DNA of 64,000 bases, from NCBI RefSeq assembly GCF_006345805.1, contig NC_043004.1, positions 20,212,001 to 20,276,000 of the forward strand. The letters run 5' to 3'. The stretch comes from Octopus sinensis (lineage: Eukaryota). Both the position numbers and the translations under genes were made by a program. The notes beneath the pieces were generated by a model that worked only from the letters and a program-made list of their open reading frames with translations, searched no databases and was not told the DNA's origin. Numbering within the stretch: the first letter of the stretch is position 1; every line of letters starts with the position of its first letter. Below are positions 37,751 through 51,956 of the stretch, one piece after another.

Positions 37751-38827
37751 GCATGTATATATACGTTTGCACAAGTATAAACAAACATACATAATGATAC
37801 TATGGAAAGTTCTAGAAAGTGCGCTTTTAACTTAATACACTATTTCATTTTTGTCTGAATAGATGTTCCCTATTCAGACTACCTTACATCCCATCAACGA
37901 GCGTACGCGCGCAGCTATACGCACACACACCACACACACTCATACACGCACGCACAAACCCACACGCGCGCACGCACGCACACACACACACTCACACATA
38001 CAAACTTATAAATGTCATTATGAAAGTTCCTTGAAGGTGTATCTGTACGCTTAGACGTAGTATTTTTTTATTATTATTGTTATTTTCAACATGGCTGTTG
38101 CCAATATGCCCGAAAGATTTGTTGAGTAATAATATAATCTGTTTATCTTCATAATTTAGATCAGCTAAATCAATCGTTATAAGGATGATCTTTTCTCAAC
38201 AACATTAGCAGCAAACATGAAAAACTACAGCGCATACAGATATTGCAGCATATAGTAGTAATAGCACAGATCCTGAAGCTGCAATATTACAAATGACAAC
38301 AATGACAAGAAGATGAATTCAGCTCCCTCCAGCAACAACAAATACTGCAACAACGATGAAAACAACACGAATGGTAATACTCATAACGTGGAATATGAAA
38401 ATAACAGTATCAATATCAGATAGAGTAGTGTTGAATGATATTTCAAACTATGCGTGTGTGTGCATGTGTGCAAATATACGTCGTTTCTCATATTTGTGAG
38501 TGTGTGTGTGTGTCTGTGTGTGTCTCTGTGTGTGTGTGTAAACGCATTTTTTAGGTGCATTTGTTCAAAATTGTACAAGTGTGTGATTGTGTGTATTTAC
38601 ATAAGAGCACGCGTGTGCTTATATGTATGTATATATGTATATATGCAGATACACACACATATAGATGCATGTATGTGTAAATATGGGAATACGTGCGTGT
38701 ATATCTATGTATGCCTCTATAAATTTACCAGCAGATATATGTCAATATTATTATATTCGCATATATATCATACACATGTTAATGTCTGCATATATACGAG
38801 ATAGATACATGTGTATATAATAATAAC

Positions 38828-38895
<68 letters not shown>

Positions 38896-41650
38896 TAATA
38901 ATAATATGGTCATTGAAAATTGTAAATTCAAACGCAGAAACTTTTATAATATTTATTAAAACTTTACCGACGTATTAAAACTTTACCAACAATAAAACTA
39001 TAGATAATGTCTTACATTTTTTTCCATAGATGAAACCGTCGTTGTCGGGTAATTTTTACAATACAATGTCTTATATAAATGTTTGTCTATTTCATGTCAG
39101 GCCATGCATTCTCCGACAGATTGGTCTCTTGAACAGGAAGTATTCCCTGTCAATCTTGTTCTTTTTGAATTATTTGCACGCTTGTTCGACCTTTTCACAC
39201 GACTTTATCCATTATAACTTATTAAAACTTCAGAATTTCTAACAACTTTGGCCGTGGAATGCTTTGCTTTCGTTTCTTTAATAAAACTTATTGCAGAAAA
39301 ATGGGACTGAAGTTTAAATTTTAATCATCATCATCTTATCAGAAAACAGGATTTAGAAGCTGGCATCTTCTGCGTGATAGTTGTCTATCACAAAGTTAAA
39401 GCAAAGTCATTAGAAGAGGGTGAATTTGTATTAAACAAACGAAAGCAAAGCATTACCGCGACCAAAGATTTTGTTTGCTTTTAAACTTTAATTCAATATT
39501 TAGAGTAGCAGTATATTTGGGTATATTGACAAGGTTTTTGCTTTCATATATTATGATTGGATTTTTAGTGTACCGGGACTCAGATTTTTTTTTTCAAATA
39601 AGTTGACAACAACAGTAGCTGAATTGCAGGATTTATTTTTATTTTGCATGAATTTCGACTAACAAACGAACTTTACCCGACCAAGAGCAGGTGGCTCCAC
39701 CTGCCTTATTTTGGATGCATTGGCAATTTTTTCATTATTTTAAATTTTATCTTAACCTTGACTTTACTATTCATTTGATCAGATTCTCATCTTATTATAT
39801 AGTTGATATATCCGCATACCTCTTCTTGCTAGCTCTTCTAACTATATATATAGATATAGATCATTTATTTCTTGCTTTTATAATAAAATTAGTACTACTT
39901 TAATATTCACTATTATACGGAATTTTCAAAATGAATTTCCGCACTTTCTTTTTGACGCATTCGTATTATGCGCATTGTTTCAATATACAGATTTTGTATA
40001 CAGTGAAGATATGGGATCTAATACTTTTTACAATTATAATTACATTTCTCATTATCTTCACAAATTATTAATTTTAAAGGAAATAGATATACAAGCACAC
40101 ATTTATTTATAATAAATATCGTTTGCATGCTTTAATTTTGATGTTTCTCTTTATTGGGGTGAGGATGGCATTGAATACAGGGCCTAACGATAATAATTAA
40201 GAAAAAATAAATAATATAGGGGTGGGGTACTGAATTGAAATGACTCCACGTGCCTAACGGTGGATGCATTGGCTGTTTTTGTGCTTTTAAAATCATTTTT
40301 TCGTTATCCAATGCAACAAAACCCTGTTCAGATAACATTTTCTTACTTTAAGAATTTAAGAAAAAATATGTGAAAATTGAAAAAACACAACATAAAATTT
40401 ATATCTTAATTCAATCATCAACAATGAAAAATAATTCCAATATCTTTTAACAAAACAATATTTATTAGTTTTATTGCATTGCCAAGAAAAAACAGCTGAT
40501 TACACTGAAAACTGCGTGTGCATGCATATTTATATTTTTAAGTTATCACACTTGGAAAAGTACAGGACAAGATTTCTACTATAGAATTTTCCTAATTTGT
40601 TACTTCTGAAGGAAACTAAACAGTACTTAAAATTAAAATTCTACTATACGTAAAATATTGCAGCCGGGAATAACGTTTTAGAAATTAAAGCACATTAATT
40701 ATATTAGGTAAATTTGACATAATTTATATTTATTATGAGAATCTAAAAAGCAAATAAATCTTTAAAAATGTACAAAAATAAGCAAAAATTAATTTAAATG
40801 AAAATATGTTTCTAAATCATTTTTTATTGGAAATATACAATTAAAAAGTTATTTTATTTAATTGTATCAAGTACAAAAAATAAAGTATGAAATTGTAAAT
40901 AATATTGCACACGACTTTTTTCACTTGAATTGGTATCCCATTACAAAAAAAAAACATTGATTGCAGTAGAATGGTCATTAAAGTGTTCTCAAATTAACAA
41001 TAGGCTCAGACAATTCATCCACATTAAAAAATAATAATCTGACAAATAAGTCATGAATAAAATTTATTAGGTAGCATCAATAAAGTAGAATTAGCCTAAT
41101 TCATCTTTGGCTAATTTGTTGCTTCTCCCAATTCATCACTTTCAATTTTCTCCTGGGGGATGACTAATTAGACGAATCTTCCAGTATTTTTTAAAAACAT
41201 TAATTGTATTTTATTGCATTTTTAAAATAATGCTTTTTCCTAAACATAAGTCCATAAGTCTGTAATTAAATCCATGGGCTTAAATACAGACTTAAATTAA
41301 TTTTGCTTAAGTAATTTGTTTCTAAAAAGAATAAAAATTACTGGGGCTATACAAGAAAAGAGTTTCTGAATATAAGCCCGTAAGCTTAAAATCGGATGGA
41401 CTTCTTGGAAAAACCCAGTAATATTTTTATAATTTTCGTTTTAATAAAATATAGTAAATTTTAAAGATGTTATTCTCGGCTGTAATATTTCAAGTACAAT
41501 AGAATTCAAATTCTAAGTACTTTTTTAGTTTCGTTTAGGGGAGACGAATTAGGCAAATTCTACTGTAGAAATCTTCTTCTGTACTATTCCAGGTGTAATA
41601 ACTTAAGAATATAAACATGCATGCGCCTGCATTTTTCATTGTTATATATA

Positions 41651-41703
<53 letters not shown>

Positions 41704-41984
41704 ATATATATACATATATACATATGTACACAGGTATACACACAATCACACATCACACACACACACACACACACTTATATATATATATATATATATGCCT
41801 CAGCAGGTTCGCAGTTTAATGACTGAAACAAGTAAAAGATAAAATATATTCCAGTGGGATAACTTGTTCAGAAAGATATGTCCCGTCACTTCGAATATAT
41901 TATTCAAAGACAAACCTGAAAGAGTTTGAATATGATTAGCTTCCAAAGGGCAAAAGGTGAATCAAAATATATTTTCTCGGATTC

Positions 41985-42272
41985 AGGTGTAGCTACGTAG
42001 TAAAAAGCTTGCTTCCCAACCATATGGTTCCGAGTTCGTACTACTTCCTGGCAACTTGTGCAAGCGTCGTCTTCTGTAGCATCAAGTTGACCAAAGCATT
42101 GAGTGGACTTAGTAAACGGAAACTGAAAGAAACCTGTCGTATATATATATATGCATATAAATATGTTCGTGTTCGTCCTCAACCACCGCTTGCCAACCGG
42201 TGTTGATGTGTTTACTTCCCTGTAAACTAGCAGTTCAGCAAAAAAGGCCGACAGAATAAGTACTAGGTTTAC
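41985..42272 (+). mobile_element. SINE family S1, 3'-truncated
   Basis: Homology to 31683-32010. Confidence 0.8.
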
Positions 42273-42594
42273 TCATTCTGATAAATGATAAAAAAATATA
42301 CATATAGTTAGGGTATATTCTGCTGGGAACGTGGCATGATACAGTATAAAGCTCGTCTATCCTCAGAATTATCCAGTACTATACGGTAGCATTATTATAT
42401 ACTTTCATATTTATGTTTGAGTATTCGTCGTGTGTGAATATAAAATTGAAGAAATTGGAGTCAACAAGAGGAAGCACAACTGGATCTCATTAAACAAACA
42501 GTTGCATAATCAAATACCTGTACTTTTGAAGAACCACTTTGGGTGGAGACGATTGTAGTGATTAAAACATAACTGTCATATATATATATATATA

Positions 42595-43104
42595 CTAGCA
42601 GTATCGCCCGGCGTTGCTCGGATTTGTAAGGGAAATAACTATATAAGCATTTTTAGAGAGTTACTTCCCTTATAGATGCCAATTCGGGCTTTCTTAGCCA
42701 TTTCTGTTTTGGTGTCTTCAAGCCATGAAGTCGTTGTTCTAAAAGAACGCTGGTCTCCTTGACAACGCATTACGACGTTGATTTCTTTACACTCCCTTCT
42801 CCACAGCTTCACGAGGGAGGGAAGGGGGAGAAGCAAACAGGTGCAGCTGTGAGCGTGGACGCCAACTCCGCCGCCATTGACACACGAAAGATTATGCATT
42901 AAAATGGAATAAAAAATGATGTTAAATTATTTTTTAAATCGTAGACTCATCGTTGACGCGCGCTAATAGCCAGACGGGCTCGATATGAATCACGACTATA
43001 AGATTCCCGAATTTGGTTAAACTGCACCGCAAAATGTGGGAGTAGTTAGGAATCTAAATCGAAGGGGACACACACACACACAACTAGAGTTATATATATA
43101 TAGA
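42595..43104 (-). mobile_element. Non-autonomous Helitron A
   Basis: Minus strand 5' TC at 43104, 3' hairpin CCGAGCAACGCCGGG and CTAG at 42598-42595, A|T flanks; last roughly 75 nt shared with 25951-26317. Confidence 0.88.
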
Positions 43105-43108
43105 TATA

Positions 43109-43671
43109 CGAGCAAAACGCCCCCCGTCTATGGACGGTGCTGAGTTGTCAAACATTTAAGCCAAATTTTCTAAAAACAACTTGTCCGACCGTCCCATAGG
43201 CCTCCCCTTTGAGAAACACTGATTAAACCTAAATTTGAGACACCAGCAAAAGAAGAAATAAAGATAGGCTTTTTTTCTATTCCGAAGAAAAACGATTTTA
43301 TTCACACAAATATGCAGCCGAAGAGGTTAAAGTCCCAGTAATGATAAGGCTGTTGACTGGGAGAACACAAACATGGTTTAGACCGTAAGCTTTGCAGGAA
43401 AGAAACGTACCGTTAAGGGTACAAAAACAACAAAAAATGGAAGGTGCAGTTATGTACAGGTTGACGGAAGAAGAGCAGGACAAAAACGGCTTTATCGCCG
43501 CATTCTCACCTGGAATCGAGTTTTGTAATTGTTTCAAGACTTATACACGCCCTGATACCCTCGGTATCTACATATCAAATTTGAGTCCAATCGGATGGAG
43601 GATGCCCGAGAACACACACACACACACAGACAAACAGACAGACAGAACGGATTTTATATAATATATATAGA
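43109..43671 (-). mobile_element. Non-autonomous Helitron B
   Basis: Minus strand 5' TCTATATATATT...GTCTGTTTGTCTG; 3' hairpin CCGTC-CATA-GACGG then CTCG followed by T (non-canonical CTRR). Confidence 0.72.
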
Positions 43672-43689
43672 TATAACATTTTTTCCAAT

Positions 43690-43900
43690 TGTCTGATAAC
43701 ACAGACATAAACTTGCCCAAATGCATCAATAAATTAACGTTGATATTTTTCACCGTTGTTACAATCATCTCTCGACTTGTTCATGAATGTTGTTTGTAGC
43801 GTTGTTCGAAAAGTTTGGCGTAGTAACAGCTGAGGTAAATTTGTTGAATTTGCACTGTTGAATTATTATTTTGTTGAACGTTTGTTGGGTGTTTTTTAAA
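43690..43900 (-). mobile_element. Possible PLE GIY-YIG remnant
   Basis: Minus strand YLSCYYAKLFEQRYKQH resembles YIG...FKQRYxxH; highly degraded. Confidence 0.35.
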
Positions 43901-44299
43901 CACCTACTTTCTGCTTGATTCAGTCCGTTGTTAACGTTTTCCCCCTTGTGTGAAGGAGGAAAATATTGTTATATTTTGTGGGGAAAAAAGAACACACGCA
44001 AATCATGGATAAATCGCCAATTAAATTGTCAAAAACTGTTAATGAACCTGGTACAAGTTCCTGGAAAAGTGCCAAAAGCACAGAAAACAGCACAGCATTG
44101 ATAAACATGCCATCTGGAGAAGATTTTATACAGGGAAAGCAAAGGAAGCAATTTTTCGGCAGCAGCCACTATTTCAAAAAGTTAATCACGTGCAGAAGTG
44201 ACGAGTTACGAATGTATAAAGGAATGATGAAAAAGTAGGAAAGTGAAAATGTAATTACCCCCCCCCCATGAAACCACTCATAATGCACTATAGTGCACA

Positions 44300-45515
44300 G
44301 TCGTTTACAAGTCGTTTATTGTAAAAACGAGAAACTGGACACTGCGAGTAAGGAGGTGGTGGAGGTGTGCCTCTTTTCAGTTTGGAATGACGTGGCATAC
44401 ATCACTTTTTCTAGGCCTGGAGAAGTTTCTTGGGACGTCTCACACCATAGTAATGTTAGGTGACTTTAACGTAATCTGCGATGCACGCGTGGATTATGTA
44501 GGAGGGGAAAACCGTGCTTCAAAAAATGCTCAGTCGATTTCAGCTGGCAGATAGGTACAGACTAGATGTCCCAGACGCTCCATTGTGGACATTAAGTAAT
44601 GGTCATGGGTCATCTAGATCTTATTTAGACAGGATTCTAATTTGGGAAATAGACAAAAACCTATTTAGTTGTCCACTATTTCACTATGTCAGCTAAAGTG
44701 ATCACAAATGTGTGACCTGTAGGCTGGACTTAGATAAGTTACGTAGACAGGGATCCGGCTACTGGAAACTCAATAATTCACTTTTTGGCTTATGAAGAAC
44801 AGGGGAGTCGGATTAGAGAGTTAGAAATGAGGACATTGTGTGATGCCATTATTAAAAACAAATGGTTGTATGCCCTCAAAAGAGCCATAAAATTTGAGTC
44901 TATTAGGTATAGCAAAAAGTTAGTGGCTAAGAGAAATAAAGTAGAAAGGGCTTTAATTAGGGCCTTAGACGAAGCACTGGAATCCGGCTCCGCGCCCCGA
45001 GATTTTGCCGCGGGAATGGCGCTTACCATCACCTCGAAGCTAAAAACGAAGGATGCGTTGTCAAGGCTAAGGAACGAGCAATAGGACGAGAAGAAATCAA
45101 AACTGCGGGATAGGCCTTGTGATAGAGATCCAACGTAGTAATACTGACACTATAAAGTCTTTGATGAATAAACAAGGGAACTTGGTAAACGAACCCGAGG
45201 GGATGTGCAAGCTCTTTCAGGTGCATTTCGCCTTGCTTTTCGGGAGGGGTGGTGGGCCGGAATGTAGGAGGGGCCTCACGGATTTCCTCGCTGGCGTGTC
45301 GCGTCTCTCGGGGCGGGTAGCGAAGTGCTGTGAAGGGCCGATCACAGCTGCGGATGTGCAGGAGTCTTTGTCGGACTACGGCGAGGACAAGTCACTGGGA
45401 CTAAATGGTCTCCCCTACGAGCTTTATAACTGTATGCCAGAGTTGTTCGGGCACCTACTGGCATGCGTCTTCAGTATATGGTAAAAGAATGGGTTCATAC
45501 CCAGATTTGAGAGCC
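44300..45515 (+). mobile_element. L1/Tx1-clade LINE ORF2 fragment (AP endonuclease to RT start)
   Basis: MLGDFN, SYLDRIL, SDHK, GYWKLNNSL and KSLGLNGLPYELY; contains stops and frameshifts. Confidence 0.9.
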
Positions 45516-45524
45516 GGCAAGAGG

Positions 45525-45800
45525 TGATGCTACACATGACAATGCTCGACCACACATTTCACTAATGACGCTCCAGAAGTTGAGAGAACTTGGCTCTCCT
45601 ACCGACTACCACTTTTTCAAATACCTTGATGGTTTCCTGCGGGAGGAGTTCAAAGATCAAACCGATGCTGAAAGTGCGTTCAAAAAGTCCATCAGCTCCA
45701 GAACCCCAGATTTTTATGTTACCAGAATAAACAAACTTGTAGCTCGTCGACACAAATGTATTGATTATAATGATACTTTGATGAATAAAATAACCGCATT
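45525..45800 (+). mobile_element. Mariner transposase C-terminal fragment (Hsmar1/cecropia-like)
   Basis: LHDNARPH...LQKLRELG[deletion]SPTDYHFFKYLDGFL...SRTPDFYVTRINKL. Confidence 0.88.
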
Positions 45801-46390
45801 GTTATTGTGATGAATTCCATGTTTTTATTTAGCCTGATCAGCAACTGTGTCTACGTATTGTTTCCTCTTAGAAGCAGTACGTGCACCATCTACTTATTTC
45901 CAAGGTGGAGGCATCGTGTTTTGTGACCTACTCTTGTATCTTTGCTGATATTGATGGTTTGGGCTCATTTTTCTCCAGGACTTTTGTTTTTGCAAGTTTT
46001 ACTTCTTTTTTATCCGTGCTCATCTTGGACGGAAGACCTTATCATGATCATTCTTCATATCCGCACCAGAGAAAACCTTAGTCCCAGCCCTGTTGATACT
46101 GGGCTTGAAAGTTTGAGGTGAGAGGCTGAAGTCAATTTGGTTACGAATCCTGCATGCCACAACTTGCTTGTTTGGTTGTGCTTTCATCTTCGTCATTGAT
46201 TTCATCTATTACTTGATGGACCTTCGTTTTGCTGCTGTTATCCTCTTTAGGCCTACAGTGGTCCTAAGTGGAATTATATGTTTTGCAATGTTCCTTTCTC
46301 ACAGCATCACGCTGGCCCTTCTTGGATTCCATTTGAGTTAGTCGGGAGTGTGTCACTGGTATTTGTTTTTCCCTTTTTACGTTTTATAAA

Positions 46391-46627
46391 TTCTTATTTC
46401 TTTACTGCCCACAATGGGAACACAGAAGGGAACAAACAAGGACAGAAAAACGGATTACGTCGATTATATCGACCCCAGTGCGTTACTGGTATTTATTTAA
46501 TCGACCCCGAAAGGATGAAAGGCAAAGTCGACCTCGGCGGAATTTGAACTCAGTACGCAAAGACAGACGAAATACTGCTAAGCATTTCGCCCGATGTGCT
46601 AACGATTCTGCCAAGCTCGCCGCCTTC
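46391..46627 (-). mobile_element. tRNA-like SINE family S3
   Basis: Minus strand GGCGGCGAGC(T)TGGCAGAATCGTTAGC, GAGTTCAAATTCC B box, GTCGACTTTGCCTTTCATCCTTTCGGGGTCGAT and tail AGTAAAGAAATAAGAA. Confidence 0.85.
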
Positions 46628-49017
46628 GTTTTATCAATTCTATAAACCTATAAATATACATATATGTATATTTAAAGATGTGTATAGAGGAATATGTATG
46701 TAAATATATGTATGTTTATTTATGTGTATATACGTATATGTATATATGTACGTGTGTATGCTTATATAGGTGTGTTCCCTTTGCCCTTACACTTTACTTA
46801 CATGTATGCCATCTTGTTCTGCGTATCTTGGTCTTGTGTTGGAACACACAAATATTAGCACGTTCAGTTGTTAGATACTACCCTGTATATTCTAATATTA
46901 GTACAGCGCTCTCTGTTTGGGGGAAGTAAATACGCGCAGTCCTTAACTCAGCTGGTTTCACTTTTTTCTTTCACTTCATCCTTTCTGTCTCTCAGTTTCT
47001 CAAACTTCATATTAAACAGTATGCTTGATTTCCAATGCTTATAGTGGCAAGCGTCTAGCTTATTACTATGGTTAAGTATTTTGCTTTAGTTGCATCAATA
47101 TCCAGAGGTTTAAGTTGAGCGCCAATCGCAATAGTCGCCCAACACTGTGGGAGGCTACAGATGCTATACTCATTGGTTTCATTACTTAGGAGTTACGAAA
47201 ATCAAAATATAATTTTATTTCAGTTCGGAAATGGGGGTAATGACGTATATTTGGTAGTTATACTTATTTATTATTCGTTTTCGCGCTCAGTTTTGAGAGC
47301 TGTTTACGATATTATAATCTGAAATACATACTTTATTCTTCCACAACAAGCTTCGCTAGTACACAGAAGACTGTGAAGGGAGAAGATAGCAGCTGCTAAC
47401 AATATTTGTGATTGATATTTAATCATAATTAATTTGATTATGTTGTTATTAAATAACCTTTCATGTAAATGTAACACTCTATTGGTTGTAAATTATGAAT
47501 TCCTAACTTGTTAGAAGTTTATTCTCTATTTATCGGTTGTGTATGTTCATTCTTTATTGAGATCGTCAAACGTCTTTATTCCATTACGCAGAAACAGTAC
47601 TGTATCACATAACAAATCATTATTGGTAAACAAAGCAGCAACTTGTAAACTGTCGGAAACTATATTATAAGAGACGATGGCTTAAATCAAATCGTATATT
47701 ACTTTCAGTTCAGCCCTTATTGAGCAAATTTATTATCAAGTATATTTAATCCGTGACTTTTTCTATATTTTCATTTAGTCTAGTACTAGGTGAGCTTCTC
47801 CTACCCACAAAGAACGATAGATTTTCGTTCCAATAATTCTGTTGTTGCAGTATTAATATAGCGGTATTCAAATCTATGATATAGCTGCATTCAAATCTAA
47901 TTTTACAGACATGGATTAAGCAATATTGAAGTGGGTATTATGCTTAGAAATAACTATGTGAGTTTGTTTATATTTATGTCGGAGCTATAGGATCAACAAA
48001 GCAGTCTCGATACACCTTTGACACATTAAGTGTGCTTCGTTTTCGAAATTAGTGTGTTGATGTCCTGTAGAAGTTATCCCTTTGGATCTTTACTGCATTT
48101 ACTTTCGTTCTTTCATCCACACATTTCAAATGCAGTGAGAGATTCAAACGAATATGACACATTCCATTCCAATTTTGGATATGATGCTTTTGTCGGAAAT
48201 TATTATTGATAAAATCTATGGTTATATTGAGGTCATAATGCCACAAGATATTAAATCTAGGAACCTAGTATCGATTCCGGTTCGGACCCTCTGAAATTAC
48301 CCGTGCCAAAATACCCAACAAAAACATGGATATCTCGAGTAAATAAGCTCTCTCTCTCTCTCCCTCTCCCTTTATTTCCCCCGCCTCTATCTTGCTATAT
48401 CACTTTCATTTAGAGGTTCCATGTATTTGTGCCAGATTTTTCATCTTTGTATCGTTGTTATTTGCAGTTGTTAAGGAAAAGACGTAAAACAAATTTAAGA
48501 CGTAAATTCAATAATATATATTACAAAAAGCCAGAAAATAGCGACTTCCATTAAAATTTATATCCGTATATAGCTGTAGACAAGTAATTATCTATACCAT
48601 TTCGCCTTACTTGAGAAAGAGAGAAAAGCCCGACAGTGGAAAGATAAAAGCTGATAAAAGAATATATAAAATAATACATAAATGGAAAGAATAAAGTGAT
48701 TATATGTACTTTATTTAACAATTCATTTCACAATTTCATTTACATTCATATGTTCGCAGGTCGTATTGTCTGTGCGCTCGCGCGCGTACATATACTTATA
48801 TAAATTCATTTATGCATACATTTATCATATATTTATCTGTATGTAAGTATGCCGGGTATACAGATTTATCGTTTCCAGAAAAATATAGGAAATGTAAAAG
48901 AAAGAAGTGATTATATGAACGGATTGTGAAGTTTTGATTGCACGTGTAGCTAGAAAAGTTAAATATGTCTGATGATTACCACTTATATATGTACTTAAAT
49001 AAAAAATATACATGCAT

Positions 49018-49108
<91 letters not shown>

Positions 49109-49206
49109 ATATATATATATATAAATGTATGGGTGTGTATATATATATGTATATATGTACACACATATATATACATATATCCATACACACACACGCACAC
49201 ACACAA

Positions 49207-49270
<64 letters not shown>

Positions 49271-51394
49271 TTGAGAAACTTCATTGATCTAGTTTTCAAT
49301 CCTTCTGAAGTCTAACATTACTTTGCACCATTTTCAGTTTTTTTTAACATTATCTACTGGATTACACGTTTCTTCTCTCCTACCTGATTGTATTAGTTTG
49401 CCATTTCTATTGTTATGCGTATATTTTTTTTTATTATATACTTATTTTAAACTTAGCTTATTTTCTTCCTTGTAATTTGGTCTATTTATATTTTGTCCAC
49501 GTTTACTTTTTATTTCTTACAATTTATAAGAAATTCTTACTTTCTCGGCAATTTGAAAATTGCCTTTTCTGAGGTTTCCGATTGCTTTCATTCATTTTTT
49601 TCCGAATAATGTCCTTTTTTGAAAGAATTCGCTTCTTTTAAATCGGTTTCTTTTAAAATCTTTATTGTTGAACCTTAATTTCATGCTTTTAAATGTTTTC
49701 ACTTATTTTAGTTCATCTTAGAGATTTTTCAGTTTTCTTCAATCAATGATGGGTTTTACTGACATTCCTGTCACTTTGTATTGTGTGGTTAATTTCGAGT
49801 TCTTGCCAAATATTGTAATAAGTCAATTTTCCAGTTTTTCTTTACCTCCTTTAAGAGTACCCCTAAATTTTTTTTTATTTGACACATAAAAGTATTTTTT
49901 TTCCCATCAGTGTGCTTCAGGTTGCAGGTTTGCAGTCAATTCTTATTCCATTTTCTACATATATATGATAGATGGAGCCCATCTTCACATTTGAAATAGA
50001 TTCATAGCCTATTTCTCTAATTTCCTGTATATAAGTATATATGGAATCTTTTTTTTTCCTAATCAATAGTGTAGGTTTACAGCTTATTTCTCTCTTCCTT
50101 ATATATATGGAGTTTTTCCTGTATCTATGATTTAAACTTACAACCTATTTCTCTCTTTACTTACCAAGATATCTTCTCAGTCTTTTGTTATCCTGGTCAT
50201 TTTTTTAAATATAACTTATCGACTATTCGCGTTAGCTTGGAATTTTTAGCTTCAGTAACATCTTTTTTACTATGTCAATTTCTTAGAAAGGTCTTCGGAT
50301 TAAAGATGAAAATATAGTAACAAATGGAAAAGAAATATATTTCTTTAAAAAGGGATTTCAGTGCAAATTCTCTCACCCCAAACGTCTTTAGCGATAGATC
50401 TCCCCAAGCAGGTATGACCTAATACTAAATAAAATAATGGAGGAAAAAGTTTTTTCTATCATTAAGTTTTAAATTATTTTACGATGGGAAAATATATGGG
50501 AGGATATTATCACTGTTTAACCATCATTTACTGGATAAAATTAAAGACACAAAATATAGGAAATATTGAAATATCGAAAATTAATATAACAGACTGAAAA
50601 TATTGTTAAGTATCAAATGAAATGAATTGATCGAACCATTTGAAAAGTTTATTATAATACTGAACATATTTGAAAGACTAAAAGTAAGGCTTCATAGGAC
50701 TAAACAAGTAAATACACTAAATAGAAACAACTACATAAATATATTCAAAAGATCTGCAAGAAACAATGAGCAGAGAAAAAGGGCAAAGTATGAAGTCACT
50801 ATTCACTCATAATATATAAAATACATAAAATAATAAAAAAAAAGAAAGGATAAATAAAGGATCGTGGGAAAAACCAAGCCCCAAAAAATAAAACATAACT
50901 ATCAAAAGCTGGAAAATATTGACAAACCTTAAAATTACGGAACGTGATTAAACATAAATAAAAGGCTAGCACATACATTTGGGAAATCCTAAAAGGTAAG
51001 ATAGTAAAAAGTATTGGAGAGAGAAAACAAAGCAAATGACAATGTTGTGAGGAACGAGACAAGGAAAACAAGACAAACTATTTTAAAACAATGTAAAAGT
51101 AGTAGCATCGCTGAAATATTTATGGAAATGGGTTGTTGGCAAGTTTCTGCTTCATGCTTTTCCGAATTACATTATGTGAAGAGAAATGAATCTGAAAGGA
51201 GATTCTATGCTATGTTATTTATAGTTTTTATCCCAAGATTATTATAAGAAAACTTCTAGCAACTGATATTTTATAACGGTCCATTAAATAGATAAGTTAA
51301 ACAAAAGATTGTTTTTTGAATTTAGGTAAGTTTCTCCTTCTCTTTCTAAATATCTACTTATATACATTATATTCACACACACACTTACACACAC

Positions 51395-51431
<37 letters not shown>

Positions 51432-51956
51432 TATGTGTGTGTGTGCGTGTTTTATATACATTTATATGTATGTGCACATATATATTTTTACACACATATA
51501 TGCACACACACGCGCGCGCGCGCAGATACGTATGTACAAATGTGCAGTTATACGAGGAAGATTATAAGACTAGGAGAAAGAAAGAGAGAAATAATTTGAT
51601 GTCTACAAGAAAAAGAAAAAAGTGGTGGACAAGCGTATAAAATCGAACGTCACAATAACAATAAAAGAAGACCGTGCAATGAAAAACATGCCAAAGAAAA
51701 GGACTAAAGTTTTTGGTCATACTCTTTAACATAGAATAATAAAAGGAAATCAGAAACGGGGCTGTATTCATACTTAGGTAACTATGTAATTCGCTTTCTT
51801 TCTTTCTTTCTTTCCTTCTTTCTTGCTTGCTTGCTTTCTTTATTTATTTCTTCCTCTCTGTCTCTCTTTCTATCTCTCTTTACACAGAAACACACATATG
51901 CACAGATCTTGAAGAGTGTATGTATATGTATGCATGTGAGTCGAGATATATATGTA

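Noticed and set aside
39687-39704. Perfect 8-bp hairpin GCAGGTGG-CT-CCACCTGC
   Set aside because: It is isolated, has only a 2-nt loop and is not followed by CTRR or a U-tract; no function can be supported.
45890-46330. Minus-strand stretch resembling an LTR-retrotransposon gag knuckle followed by an acidic linker
   Set aside because: The CCHC pattern is incomplete and no protease motif follows.
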